Part shown: piece by piece, positions 12,101 to 27,100 of the stretch
Layout of the letters: each line of letters starts with the position of its first letter
Position numbering within the stretch: the stretch's first letter is position 1
Source of the DNA: Balanoglossus misakiensis
Taxonomy: Eukaryota > Animalia > Hemichordata
NCBI GenBank assembly: GCA_040954595.2
Contig: CM082596.2
Location: 1,889,854 to 1,953,853, forward strand
Direction: 5' to 3'
DNA length: 64,000 bases
Notes under the pieces: generated by a model
What the model was told of the DNA's origin: nothing
What the model saw: the letters and a program-made list of their open reading frames with translations, nothing else
The model's database searches: none
Position numbers and translations under genes: made by a program

Positions 12101-15100
12101 CACGCAGTAGAATATGGTTTCATTCATACAAGCATACAAACACTCCACAAGTGATTTCGAGCTATGTTCCCTCTTCCCGTATGTCAGAGATGATGTCACT
12201 CCAGGGTATTCCTTATATTGGTTGTATGGATAAGTTTCTGTTGGTGCAATTAATAGCAAGAATGCAGATGGATTGATCTTTCATTAGCTTGAGAGATTGG
12301 TATCACAAGGCAGTCTTAGCAGTAATGATTGCAATAGTCAGCCTGATTGACAAAGACAACAATTATTTCAACATTTTAATGTAATTCTTGTCCTTGAGAT
12401 GCAAGATCAAATCATGATTGTGTAACTTTGATTAGTAATTAGGTTTTCATGTATCCTAATGTCAAATGTTGATAGTCTGCATCTGGTGTATAAATAAGAT
12501 TATGAAAAGAATTTTTTTTTTTTATCGTGATATATAAACGTGTTGATCAATCATTACAACTTCCATAATTCTGCCAGAAACTTACCTTCACGAAGTTCAT
12601 AATGATGGAAGCGATCATCTGTTATGAGAGCCACACGGGCACTCCAAGCATTCTCCGCATTGATGTAGCATATACTGCGACCTTTCCAGTAATCGACCGA
12701 GTGACAACGGAAACTGTGTGAATTCAAACATGCAAGAATACACTCCTCTTCATCCACGTCCATTAGAGTCAATTCGATGAATCCTCGTAGAGCGGAGTCA
12801 GTATATCGGGTGAATTTATTGAACGGATAATTTGCTGTGGACAGATCACATATCTCACTCAATTAGCCAGAAATTACATTAAAAAATTAACAGTTAACAT
12901 GCATGCTCAGCTTAATTACGTTTCTTTTTTTACAAAAGGTGTTAATTTTGGGGTAATTAATATTTCATGAATAATGATCTCTTTTAAAAGACATGAAAAT
13001 TTAATGATATAACATGGGCGATTTGGACACAATTAATCTGGACGGCATGTGTTGTTCTAAACTCCTTCCATATAAACGCATACAACTTACCTTTCCTATA
13101 TTCATAATACATACTTTCATTGCTCGTCCACAACATGGCCTCAACCAGCAAAGTGTTACTCTCCTCCAGTAATTCACATACATCACCCTCTAGTGAGTTT
13201 ACCGATCGGCAGATGAACTCACTTTCTTCCAAACACGCGATCAGACAGCCATGTCTTGTAATGTTTGTGAGTACCTTTCTGGGTACTGACATGAGTACCT
13301 GCCCAACAGTCTTCTGAAACTCACTCTCCGGGTAGGAAAATGGAATGGGTCCTAATAATAACAGAGTATGCAACAAATATATATCACTGCCTGGGACTTC
13401 ACACTGTCATTGCCCAGTTGGACTTCAGTGAGAAATAAATATATCTTCACTGGTGCCTTGCTTAATCCTTTCACCCCCAGTTCCCTCTTTAGAGGTCCAA
13501 CTTTACCATAGACAACAATGGTTTTGGACCAAACCATGGTTGTGAAAGGGTTAACCGGCACATCAATGGATCAATATCACATAGAGTTGGCCAACTTCTG
13601 TGCTGTTTTCTCACAGACTGTACTTTGTATCGTTTATATGACATCTATTTGCGTTAATGTTTTCCTTCTGAACTTGTGAGTCTTGACAAGTTACAATTAT
13701 AACTTTTGTAAAAAAACATTAACTTCCATCAATTTTCCTAACAGGACTGGTGAATGATAATGTAAGGAGTGCCTTACCTATGCTGTCTTCACAACCAATT
13801 CTGTCGTCCACACAACTACCATCCTCACATCGAACATGGCGACCAGGACAGGGAGCTACCGTGATTGAAATACAGACATGCAGTGCTTGATGATGGATTA
13901 GGACATCTTTTATGTGTTGTGTCGTGTTGTGTTGTAAGAACAAAAACATTTACAGAGGACAGCCTTCCTTTACTTGAACTATGGGACTGTGATGAAAAGT
14001 ATAAACTCTGGTACTCACTACTCAGATTACAGACACTGGACAAAACATCGTCGCCGCATCCCATGTACATGTCACACTGATCTAAACGACTTGCACACTT
14101 GCCGTTTGGACATCGAATTTTGTTGGCTTCACATGGAACTGTAAAAGGGGAAAGACAGAAATTATGGTAAACAACAGATGATGTTTGATGGCGATACAAG
14201 TACCAATTACCAACTTGAATCCTTGACCTGTTTATCAACTGGTGCCTGCAACTTTGAACATCAAAACAACTTGCGATCAAAATAAGTTCATTTTTTTGTT
14301 TGCCTGTGTATTGGACAGAAATCAATTAGCTTATAATTTGTCACATGACAAGGGTATAAGTTTGAGGAACAGATTTGAATAAACGAAATTTGACAATTAA
14401 GCTCTGACAAAATTCTTCAGCATTGCACATTAAATATTTAAGCTTGAAAATATTTTCCCATATTCTTGGATATGATATGAACCTTACAATTACTGTTAGA
14501 GATCCTATTTTGTGCTGCTTGAATAGCAAACATGTAACACCCTGGTTACACACAATGGCAATTACAGGTACGAATGCTACTGTTCTGCTGCTGATTGACA
14601 AATATCTGTGAATGAAGAGCGGAACAATGAAACTTCTGAGGAAAACATTGGCTGTCATATTCTTTGACATATTTCATACTCAAAATATGATTTAATTGAG
14701 AGAGCATACCATATATGCAGTTTTCTTCATCGCTCCAATCTCCACAGTTGTCAGTGAAGTCACACACTTCATCCATCAGGATGCATTTCTTATTGGTACA
14801 TGTAAACAGGCCTGGCATGCAACTCTCTGAGGAATTAAAGTGATTAATACTCGATGGGTCATTGTATTTAGAAACAAAATGAAATAATGTTAGAATCTTT
14901 CAAAAATCGTAAAAATAAAATATTGTTTTATAGTAAAACTACCGGTAAACTGATTATGTTTCTTGGTCAGCCATATATTTCTTACTGAGTGTGTACATTA
15001 TGTACGATTAATGTATATACAATATCTACATGTAAGCCTTGACATAACAATATAATGACACATTCTTACAATAAGTAAGACACTTACCATAAGAAATGCA

Positions 15101-18100
15101 TTCCATTTCATCACTAATATCCATACAATCTGGAATGTTGTCACAAATCCAGCTGTAAGGAATACGTTTGTCACCATCACAGACAAATCCATTCTCGTTT
15201 TCTGTGGAACGATCAAGTGTAAATTAAACACCGTCCAGTAAAAGTAGACACTTGACTAGGTTGTCTTCCTGGAATGAGCTCGTAAGTTTGCGCAATCATG
15301 GAGAGGGTGCCTGGTTCGCTCTGTTTCATCACTAGAAACTAGTTTCACCACCAGAAGCATTTGAAGCAAAGAAATGTACACGAGAAATGTATACCTATCA
15401 CGGTCAAAGGAAAGACTCCTGAAAAGGCAGGAAACAAACAGATGAAAAAAGTGTGCTTACTGCAGTTCTCAAGTGTCTCATCCTCACCACCATTGCAATG
15501 TTCGAAACCATCGCATTGTTTCTCCTCTGGTAGACAGCGTCCATATTTTCCACCAGATTTGCATTCAAACTCAATCCGGTTGCAGACTACGATGAAACAA
15601 AAACGATAAACAATGTAAAAGTTGTGAACGTGAATCAGACATCTCCAGAAAGACAGTCTGTACTGTCACTATTTTTTTTACAGACAAGAAATTAAATTGC
15701 GAATTTTCAAAATTTCTTCATTTTTTGAAAAAATCATGGGTTATAGCTCATGAAAATCTTCAAAAACGACGATTTTTCGACTTTGCGAATTTTCAAAATT
15801 TCTTCATTTTTTGAAAAAATCATGGGTTATAGCTCACGAAAATCTCAAAAAGCGACGATTTTTCGACTTTGCGAATTTTCAATATTTCTTCATTTTTTGA
15901 AAAAAATCATGGGTTATAGCTCATGAAAATCTTCAAAAAACGACGATTTTTCGACTTTGCTAATTTTCAAAATTTCTTCATTTTTTGAAAAAATCATGGG
16001 TTATAGCTCATGAAAATCTTCAAAAAACGACCATTTTTCGACTTTTCAAAATTTCTTCATTTTTTGAACATGAACATCTTCAAAAAACGATGATTTTTTT
16101 ACTTTGCGAATTTCCAAAATCGAAATTAGGCTCGGTCTCATTATAGTTAGTTTTAATAATACTGACTATAATGAGACCGAGCCATACTTATTTTTTTTAA
16201 AAATTTTATAAGTTTGATCATCATATAATACTTTTGGATTTCTATAATTCGTCAATCACCCCGGGTCAGTGGTTAAGGGTTTGGACTAATGATTGGAGGA
16301 CTGGGGTTCTAAACCCGCCACTGTCTTTCACAATACGTTTTGATCTTTTTGTTGTCGCTTTTTCGTGAAATGTACAAGTTCCAAGTTAGCAATTCTCGAC
16401 AAACATTTGGTGCTTTTGTCTTTTTTGGATATTTTTCATGGGTTACAGCTCATGAAAATTGTCAAAAAATGACAAATTCACGACATTCTGAATTTCGAAA
16501 ATTCGCAAAGTCGAAAAATCCTCGATTTTCGACGATTTTCCTGAGCTATAACCCATGGTTTTTTCAAAAAATGACCAAATTTCGAAAATTCCCAAAGTCG
16601 AAAAATCCTCGATTTTCGACGATTTTCCTGAGCTATAACCCATGGTTTTTTCAAAAAATGACCAAATTTCGAAAATTCCCAAAGTCGAAAAATCCTCGAT
16701 TTTCGACGATTTTCCTGAGCTATAACCCATGGTTTTTTCAAAAAATCACCAAATTTCGAAAATTCCCAAAGTCGAAAAATCCTCGATTTTCGACGATTTT
16801 CCTGAGCTATAACCCATGGTTTTTTCAAAAAATCACCAAATTTCGAAAATTCCCAAAGTCGAAAAATCCTCGATTTTCGACGATTTTCCTGAGCTATAAC
16901 CCATGGTTTTTTCAAAAAATCACCAAATTTCGAAAATTCCCAAAGTCGAAAAATCCTCGATTTTCGACGATTTTCCTGAGCTATAACCCATGGTTTTTTC
17001 AAAAATCACCAAATTTCGAAAATTCCCAAAGTCGAAAAATCCTCGATTTTCGACGATTTTCCTGAGCTATAACCCATGGTTTTTTCAAAAAATCACCAAA
17101 TTTCGAAAATTCCCAAAGTCGAAAAATCCTCGATTTTCGACGATTTTCCTGAGCTATAACCCATGGTTTTTTCAAAAAATCACCAAATTTCGAAAATTCC
17201 CAAAGTCGAAAAATCCTCGATTTTCGACGATTTTCCTGAGCTATAACCCATGGTTTTTTCAAAAAATCACCAAATTTCGAAAATTCCCAAAGTCGAAAAA
17301 TCCTCGATTTTCGACGATTTTCCTGAGCTATAACCCATGATTTTTATGCAAAAATCACCAAATTTCGAAAATTCCCAAAGTCGAAAAATCCTCGATTTTC
17401 GACGATTTTCCTGAGCTATAACCCATGATTTTTATGCAAAAATCACCAAATTTCGAAAATCCGCGAAGTCGAAAAATCCTCGATTTTCGACGATTTTCCT
17501 GAGCTATAACCCATGATTTTTATGCAAAAATCACCAAATTTCGAAAATCCGCGAAGTCGAAAAATCCTCGATTTTCGACGATTTTCCTGAGCTATAACCC
17601 ATGATTTTTATGCAAAAATCACCAAATTTCGAAAATCCGCGAAGTCGAAAAATCCTCGATTTTTGACGATTTTCCTGAGCTATAACCCATGATTTTTATG
17701 CAAAAATCACCAAATTTCGAAAATCCGCGAAGTCGAAAAATCCTCGATTTTTGACGATTTTCCTGAGCTATAACCCATGATTTTTATGCAAAAATCACCA
17801 AATTTCGAAAATCCGCGAAGTCGAAAAATCCTCGATTTTTGACGATTTTCCTGAGCTATAACCCATGATTTTTATGCAAAAATCACCAAATTTCGAAAAT
17901 CCGCGAAGTCGAAAAATCCTCGATTTTTGACGATTTTCCTGAGCTATAACCCATGATTTTTATGCAAAAATCACCAAATTTCGAAAATCCGCGAAGTCGA
18001 AAAATCCTCGATTTTTGACGATTTTCCTGAGCTATAACCCATGATTTTTATGCAAAAATCACCAAATTTCGAAAATCCGCGAAGTCGAAAAATCCTCGAT

Positions 18101-21100
18101 TTTTGACGATTTTCCTGAGCTATAACCTATGATTTTTATGCAAAAATCACCAAATTTCGAAAATCCGCGAAGTCGAAAAATCCTCGATTTTTGACGATTT
18201 TCCTGAGCTATAACCCATGATTTTTATGCAAAAATCACCAAATTTCGAAAATCCGCGAAGTCGAAAAATCCTCGATTTTTGACGATTTTCCTGAGCTATA
18301 ACCCATGATTTTTATGCAAAAATCACCAAATTTCGAAAATCCGCGAAGTCGAAAAATCCTCGATTTTTGACGATTTTCCTGAGCTATAACCCATGATTTT
18401 TATGCAAAAATCACCAAATTTCGAAAATCCGCGAAGTCGAAAAATCCTCGATTTTTGACGATTTTCCTGAGCTATAACCTATGATTTTTATGCAAAAATC
18501 ACCAAATTTCGAAAATCCGCGAAGTCGAAAAATCCTCGATTTTTGACGATTTTCCTGAGCTATAACCCATGATTTTTATGCAAAAATCACCAAATTTCGA
18601 AAATCCGCGAAGTCGAAAAATCCTCGATTTTTGACGATTTTCCTGAGCTATAACCCATGATTTTTATGCAAAAATCACCAAATTTCGAAAATCCGCGAAG
18701 TCGAAAAATCCTCGATTTTTGACGATTTTCCTGAGCTATAACCCATGATTTTTATGCAAAAATCACCAAATTTCGAAAATCCGCGAAGTCGAAAAATCCT
18801 CGATTTTTGACGATTTTCCTGAGCTATAACCCATGATTTTTATGCAAAAATCACCAAATTTCGAAAATCCGCGAAGTCGAAAAATCCTCGATTTTTGACG
18901 ATTTTCCTGAGCTATAACCCATGATTTTTATGCAAAAATCACCAAATTTCGAAAATCCGCGAAGTCGAAAAATCCTCGATTTTTGACGATTTTCCTGAGC
19001 TATAACCCATGATTTTTATGCAAAAATCACCAAATTTCGAAAATCCGCGAAGTCGAAAAATCCTCGATTTTTGACGATTTTCCTGAGCTATAACCCATGA
19101 TTTTTATGCAAAAATCACCAAATTTCGAAAATCCGCGAAGTCGAAAAATCCTCGATTTTTGACGATTTTCCTGAGCTATAACCCATGATTTTTATGCAAA
19201 AATCACCAAATTTCGAAAATCCGCGAAGTCGAAAAATCCTCGATTTTTGACGATTTTCCTGAGCTATAACCCATGATTTTTATGCAAAAATCACCAAATT
19301 TCGAAAATCCGCGAAGTCGAAAAATCCTCGATTTTTGACGATTTTCCTGAGCTATAACCCATGATTTTTATGCAAAAATCACCAAATTTCGAAAATCCGC
19401 GAAGTCGAAAAATCCTCGATTTTTGACGATTTTCCTGAGCTATAACCCATGATTTTTATGCAAAAATCACCAAATTTCGAAAATCCGCGAAGTCGAAAAA
19501 TCCTCGATTTTTGACGATTTTCCTGAGCTATAACCCATGATTTTTATGCAAAAATCACCAAATTTCGAAAATCCGCGAAGTCGAAAAATCCTCGATTTTT
19601 GACGATTTTCCTGAGCTATAACCCATGATTTTTATGCAAAAATCACCAAATTTCGAAAATCCGCGAAGTCGAAAAATCCTCGATTTTTGACGATTTTCCT
19701 GAGCTATAACCCATGATTTTTATGCAAAAATCACCAAATTTCGAAAATCCGCGAAGTCGAAAAATCCTCGATTTTTGACGATTTTCCTGAGCTATAACCC
19801 ATGATTTTTATGCAAAAATCACCAAATTTCGAAAATCCGCGAAGTCGAAAAATCCTCGATTTTTGACGATTTTCCTGAGCTATAACCCATGATTTTTATG
19901 CAAAAATCACCAAATTTCGAAAATCCGCGAAGTCGAAAAATCCTCGATTTTTGACGATTTTCCTGAGCTATAACCCATGATTTTTATGCAAAAATCACCA
20001 AATTTCGAAAATCCGCGAAGTCGAAAAATCCTCGATTTTTGACGATTTTCCTGAGCTATAACCCATGATTTTTATGCAAAAATCACCAAATTTCGAAAAT
20101 CCGCGAAGTCGAAAAATCCTCGATTTTTGACGATTTTCCTGAGCTATAACCCATGATTTTTATGCAAAAATCACCAAATTTCGAAAATCCGCGAAGTCGA
20201 AAAATCCTCGATTTTTGACGATTTTCCTGAGCTATAACCCATGATTTTTATGCAAAAATCACCAAATTTCGAAAATCCGCGAAGTCGAAAAATCCTCGAT
20301 TTTTGACGATTTTCCTGAGCTATAACCCATGATTTTTATGCAAAAATCACCAAATTTCGAAAATCCGCGAAGTCGAAAAATCCTCGATTTTTGACGATTT
20401 TCCTGAGCTATAACCCATGATTTTTATGCAAAAATCACCAAATTTCGAAAATCCCCAAAGTCGAAAAATCCTCGATTTTTGACGATTTTCCTGAGCTATA
20501 ACCCATGGTTTTTTCAAAAATCATCACCAAATTTCGAAAATTCCCAAAGTCGAAAAATCCTCGATTTTCGACGATTTTCCTGAGCTATAACCCATGGTTT
20601 TTTCAAAAAATGACCAAATTTCGAAAATTCCCAAAGTCGAAAAATCCTCGATTTTCGACGATTTTCCTGAGCTATAACCCATGGTTTTTTCAAAAAATGA
20701 CCAAATTTCGAAAATTCCCAAAGTCGAAAAATCCTCGATTTTCGACGATTTTCCTGAGCTATAACCCATGGTTTTTTCAAAAAATGACCAAATTTCGAAA
20801 ATCCCCAAAGTCGAAAAATCCTCGATTTTCGACGATTTTCCTGAGCTATAACCCATGGTTTTTTCAAAAAATGACCAAATTTCGAAAATCCCCAAAGTCG
20901 AAAAATCCTCGATTTTCGACGATTTTCCTGAGCTATAACCCATGGTTTTTTCAAAAAATGACCAAATTTCGAAAATCCCCAAAGTCGAAAAATCCTCGAT
21001 TTTCGACGATTTTCCTGAGCTATAACCCATGGTTTTTTCAAAAAATGACCAAATTTCGAAAATCCCCAAAGTCGAAAAATCCTCGATTTTCGACGATTTT

Positions 21101-24100
21101 CCTGAGCTATAACCCATGGTTTTTTCAAAAAATGACCAAATTTCGAAAATCCCCAAAGTCGAAAAATCCTCGATTTTCGACGATTTTCCTGAGCTATAAC
21201 CCATGGTTTTTTCAAAAAATGACCAAATTTCGAAAATCCCCAAAGTCGAAAAATCCTCGATTTTCGACGATTTTCCTGAGCTATAACCCATGGTTTTTTC
21301 AAAAAATGACCAAATTTCGAAAATCCCCAAAGTCGAAAAATCCTCGATTTTCGACGATTTTCCTGAGCTATAACCCATGGTTTTTTCAAAAAATGACCAA
21401 ATTTCGAAAATCCCCAAAGTCGAAAAATCCTCGATTTTTGACGATTTTCCTGAGCTATAACCCATGGTTTTTTCAAAAAATGACCAAATTTCGAAAATCC
21501 CCAAAGTCGAAAAATCCTCGATTTTTGACGATTTTCCTGAGCTATAACCCATGGTTTTTTCAAAAAATGACCAAATTTCGAAAATCCCCAAAGTCGAAAA
21601 ATCCTCGATTTTTGACGATTTTCCTGAGCTATAACCCATGGTTTTTTCAAAAAATGACCAAATTTCGAAAATCCCCAAAGTCGAAAAATCCTCGATTTTT
21701 GACGATTTTCCTGAGCTATAACCCATGGTTTTTTCAAAAAATGACCAAATTTCGAAAATCCCCAAAGTCGAAAAATCCTCGATTTTTGACGATTTTCCTG
21801 AGCTATAACCCATGGTTTTTTCAAAAAATGACCAAATTTCGAAAATCCCCAAAGTCGAAAAATCCTCGATTTTTGACGATTTTCCTGAGCTATAACCCAT
21901 GGTTTTTTCAAAAAATGACCAAATTTCGAAAATCCCCAAAGTCGAAAAATCCTCGATTTTTGACGATTTTCCTGAGCTATAACCCATGGTTTTTTCAAAA
22001 AATGACCAAATTTCGAAAATCCCCAAAGTCGAAAAATCCTCGATTTTTGACGATTTTCCTGAGCTATAACCCATGGTTTTTTCAAAAAATGACCAAATTT
22101 CGAAAATCCCCAAAGTCGAAAAATCCTCGATTTTTGACGATTTTCCTGAGCTATAACCCATGGTTTTTTCAAAAAATGACCAAATTTCGAAAATCCCCAA
22201 AGTCGAAAAATCCTCGATTTTTGACGATTTTCCTGAGCTATAACCCATGGTTTTTTCAAAAAATGACCAAATTTCGAAAATCCCCAAAGTCGAAAAATCC
22301 TCGATTTTTGACGATTTTCCTGAGCTATAACCCATGGTTTTTTCAAAAAATGACCAAATTTCGAAAATCCCCAAAGTCGAAAAATCCTCGATTTTTGACG
22401 ATTTTCCTGAGTTATAACCCATGGTTTTTTCAAAAAATGACCAAATTTCGAAAATCCCCAAAGTCGAAAAATCCTCGATTTTTGACGATTTTCCTGAGTT
22501 ATAACCCATGGTTTTTTCAAAAAATGACCAAATTTCGAAAATCCCCAAAGTCGAAAAATCCTCGATTTTTGACGATTTTCCTGAGCTATAACCCATGGTT
22601 TTTTCAAAAAATGACCAAATTTCGAAAATCCCCAAAGTTGAAAAATCCTCGATTTTTGACGATTTTCCTGAGCTATAACCCATGGTTTTTTCAAAAAATG
22701 ACCAAATTTCGAAAATCCCCAAAGTCGAAAAATCCTCGATTTTTGACGATTTTCCTGAGCTATAACCCATGGTTTTTTCAAAAAATGACCAAATTTCGAA
22801 AATCCCCAAAGTCGAAAAATCCTCGATTTTTGACGATTTTCCTGAGCTATAACCCATGGTTTTTTCAAAAAATGACCAAATTTCGAAAATCCCCAAAGTC
22901 GAAAAATCCTCGATTTTTGACGATTTTCCTGAGCTATAACCCATGGTTTTTTCAAAAAATGACCAAATTTCGAAAATCCCCAAAGTCGAAAAATCCTCGA
23001 TTTTTGACGATTTTCCTGAGCTATAACCCATGGTTTTTTCAAAAAATGACCAAATTTCGAAAATCCCCAAAGTCGAAAAATCCTCGATTTTTGACGATTT
23101 TCCTGAGCTATAACCCATGGTTTTTTCAAAAAATGACCAAATTTCGAAAATCCCCAAAGTCGAAAAATCCTCGATTTTTGACGATTTTCCTGAGTTATAA
23201 CCCATGGTTTTTTCAAAAAATGACCAAATTTCGAAAATCCCCAAAGTCGAAAAATCCTCGATTTTTGACGATTTTCCTGAGTTATAACCCATGGTTTTTT
23301 CAAAAAATGACCAAATTTCGAAAATCCCCAAAGTCGAAAAATCCTCGATTTTTGACGATTTTCCTGAGCTATAACCCATGGTTTTTTCAAAAAATGACCA
23401 AATTTCGAAAATCCCCAAAGTTGAAAAATCCTCGATTTTTGACGATTTTCCTGAGCTATAACCCATGGTTTTTTCAAAAAATGACCAAATTTCGAAAATC
23501 CCCAAAGTCGAAAAATCCTCGATTTTTGACGATTTTCCTGAGCTATAACCCATGGTTTTTTCAAAAAATGACCAAATTTCGAAAATCCCCAAAGTCGAAA
23601 AATCCTCGATTTTCGACGATTTTCCTGAGCTATAACCCATGGTTTTTTCAAAAAATGACCAAATTTCGAAAATCCCCAAAGTCGAAAAATCCTCGATTTT
23701 TGACGATTTTCCTGAGCTATAACCCATGGTTTTTTCAAAAAATGACCAAATTTCGAAAATCCCCAAAGTCGAAAAATCCTCGATTTTTGACGATTTTCCT
23801 GAGCTATAACCCATGGTTTTTTCAAAAAATGACCAAATTTCGAAAATCCCCAAAGTCGAAAAATCCTCGATTTTTGACGATTTTCCTGAGCTATAACCCA
23901 TGGTTTTTTCAAAAAATGACCAAATTTCGAAAATCCCCAAAGTCGAAAAATCCTCGATTTTCGACGATTTTCCTGAGCGTTTTTTCAAAAAATGACCAAA
24001 TTTCGAAAATCCCCAAAGTCGAAAAATCCTCGATTTTCGACGATTTTCCTGAGCTATAACCCATGGTTTTTTCAAAAAATGACCAAATTTCGAAAATCCG

Positions 24101-27100
24101 CAAAGTCGAAAAATCCTCGATTTTTGACGATTTTCCTGAGCTATAACCCATGGTTTTTTCAAAAAATGACCAAATTTCGAAAATCCGCAAAGTCGAAAAA
24201 TCCTCGATTTTTGACGATTTTCCTGAGCTATAACCCATGGTTTTTTCAAAAAATGACCAAATTTCGAAAATCCGCAAAGTCGAAAAATCCTCGATTTTTG
24301 ACGATTTTCCTGAGCTATAACCCATGGTTTTTTCAAAAAATGACCAAATTTCGAAAATCCGCAAAGTCGAAAAATCCTCGATTTTTGACGATTTTCCTGA
24401 GCTATAACCCATGGTTTTTTCAAAAAATGACCAAATTTCGAAAATCCGCAAAGTCGAAAAATCCTCGATTTTTGACGATAACCCATGGTTTTTTCAAAAA
24501 ATGACCAAATTTCGAAAATTCCCAAAGTCGAAAAATCCTCGATTTTTGACGATTTTCCTGAGCTATAACCCATGGTTTTTTCAAAAAATGACCAAATTTC
24601 GAAAATTCCCAAAGTCGAAAAATCCTCGATTTTTGACGATTTTCCTGAGCTATAACCCATGGTTTTTTCAAAAAATGACCAAATTTCGAAAATCCGCAAA
24701 GTCGAAAAATCCTCGATTTCTGACGATTTTCCTGAGCTATAACCCATGGTTTTTTCAAAAAATGACCAAATTTCGAAAATCCGCAAAGTCGAAAAATCCT
24801 CGATTTTTGACGATTTTCCTGAGCTATAACCCATGGTTTTTTCAAAAAATGACCAAATTTCGAAAATCCGCAAAGTCGAAAAATCCTCGATTTTTGACGA
24901 TTTTCCTGAGCTATAACCCATGGTTTTTTCAAAAAATGACCAAATTTCGAAAATCCGCAAAGTCGAAAAATCCACGATTTTTGACGATTTTCCTGAGCTA
25001 TAACCCATGGTTTTTTCAAAAAATGACCAAATTTCGAAAATCCGCAAAGTCGAAAAATCCTCGATTTTTGACGATTTTCCTGAGCTATAACCCATGGTTT
25101 TTTCAAAAAATGACCAAATTTCGAAAATCCGCAAAGTCGAAAAATCCTCGATTTTTGACGATTTTCCTGAGCTATAACCCATGGTTTTTTCAAAAAAATG
25201 ACCAAATTTCGAAAATCCGCAAAGTCGAAAAATCCTCGATTTTTGACGATTTTCCTGAGCTATAACCCATGGTTTTTTCAAAAAATGACCAAATTTCGAA
25301 AATCCGCAAAGTCGAAAAATCCTCGATTTTTGACGATTTTCCTGAGCTATAACCCATGGTTTTTTTCAAAAAATGACCAAATTTCGAAAATCCGCAAAGT
25401 CGAAAAATCCTCGATTTTTGACGATTTTCCTGAGCTATAACCCATGGTTTTTTCAAAAAATGACCAACTTTCGAAAATTCCCAAAGTCGAAAAATCCTCG
25501 ATTTTTGACGATTTTCCTGAGCTATAACCCATGGTTTTTTCAAAAAATGACCAAATTTCGAAAATCCGCAAAGTCGAAAAATCCTCGATTTTTGACGATT
25601 TTCCTGAGCTATAACCCATGGTTTTTTCAAAAAATGACCAAATTTCGAAAATCCGCAAAGTCGAAAAATCCTCGATTTTTGACGATTTTCCTGAGCTATA
25701 ACCCATGGTTTTTTCAAAAAATGACCAAATTTCGAAAATCCACAAAGTCGAAAAATCCTCGATTTTTGACGATTTTCCTGAGCTATAACCCATGGTTTTT
25801 TCAAAAAATGACCACATTTCGAAAATTCCCAAAGTCGAAAAATCCTCGATTTTTGACGATTTTCCTGAGCTATAACCCATGGTTTTTTCAAAAAATGACC
25901 AAAGTTCGAAAATCCGCAAAGTCGAAAAATCCTCGATTTTTGACGATTTTCCTGAGCTATAACCCATGGTTTTTTCAAAAAATGACCAAATTTCGAAAAT
26001 CCGCAAAGTCGAAAAATCCTCGATTTTTGACGATTTTCCTGAGCTATAACCCATGGTTTTTTCAAAAAATGACCAAATTTCGAAAATCCGCAAAGTCGAA
26101 AAATCCTCGATTTTTGACGATTTTCCTGAGCTATAACCCATGGTTTTTTCAAAAAATGACCAAATTTCGAAAATTCCCAAAGTCGAAAAATCCTCGATTT
26201 TTGACGATTTTCCTGAGCTATAACCCATGGTTTTTTTCAAAAAATGACCAAATTTCGAAAATCCGCAAAGTCGAAAAATCCTCGATTTTTGACGATTTTC
26301 CTGAGCTATAACCCATGGTTTTTTCAAAAAATGACCAAATTTCGAAAATCCGCAAAGTCGAAAAATCCTCGATTTTTGACGATTTTCCTGAGCTATAACC
26401 CATGGTTTTTTCAAAAAATGACCAACTTTCGAAAATCCGCAAAGTCGAAAAATCCTCGATTTTTGACGATTTTCCTGAGCTATAACCCATGGTTTTTTCA
26501 AAAAATGACCAACTTTCGAAAATCCGCAAAGTCGAAAAATCCTCGATTTTTGACGATTTTCCTGAGCTATAACCCATGGTTTTTTCAAAAAATGACCAAA
26601 TTTCGAAAATCAGCAAAGTCGAAAAATCCTCGATTTTTGACGATTTTCCTGAGCTATAACCCATGGTTTTTTCAAAAAATGACCAAATTTCGAAAATCCG
26701 CAAAGTCGAAAAATCCTCGATTTTTGACGATTTTCCTGAGCTATAACCCATGGTTTTTTCAAAAAATGACCAAATTTCGAAAATCCGCAAAGTCGAAAAA
26801 TCCTCGATTTTTGACGATTTTCCTGAGCTATAACCCATGGTTTTTTCAAAAAATGACCAAATTTCGAAAATCCGCAAAGTCGAAAAATCCTCGATTTTTG
26901 ACGATTTTCCTGAGCTATAACCCATGGTTTTTTCAAAAAATGACCAACTTTCGAAAATCCGCAAAGTCGAAAAATCCTCGATTTTTGACGATTTTCCTGA
27001 GCTATAACCCATGGTTTTTTCAAAAAATGACCAAATTTCGAAAATTCCCAAAGTCGAAAAATCCTCGATTTTTGACGATTTTCCTGAGCTATAACCCATG

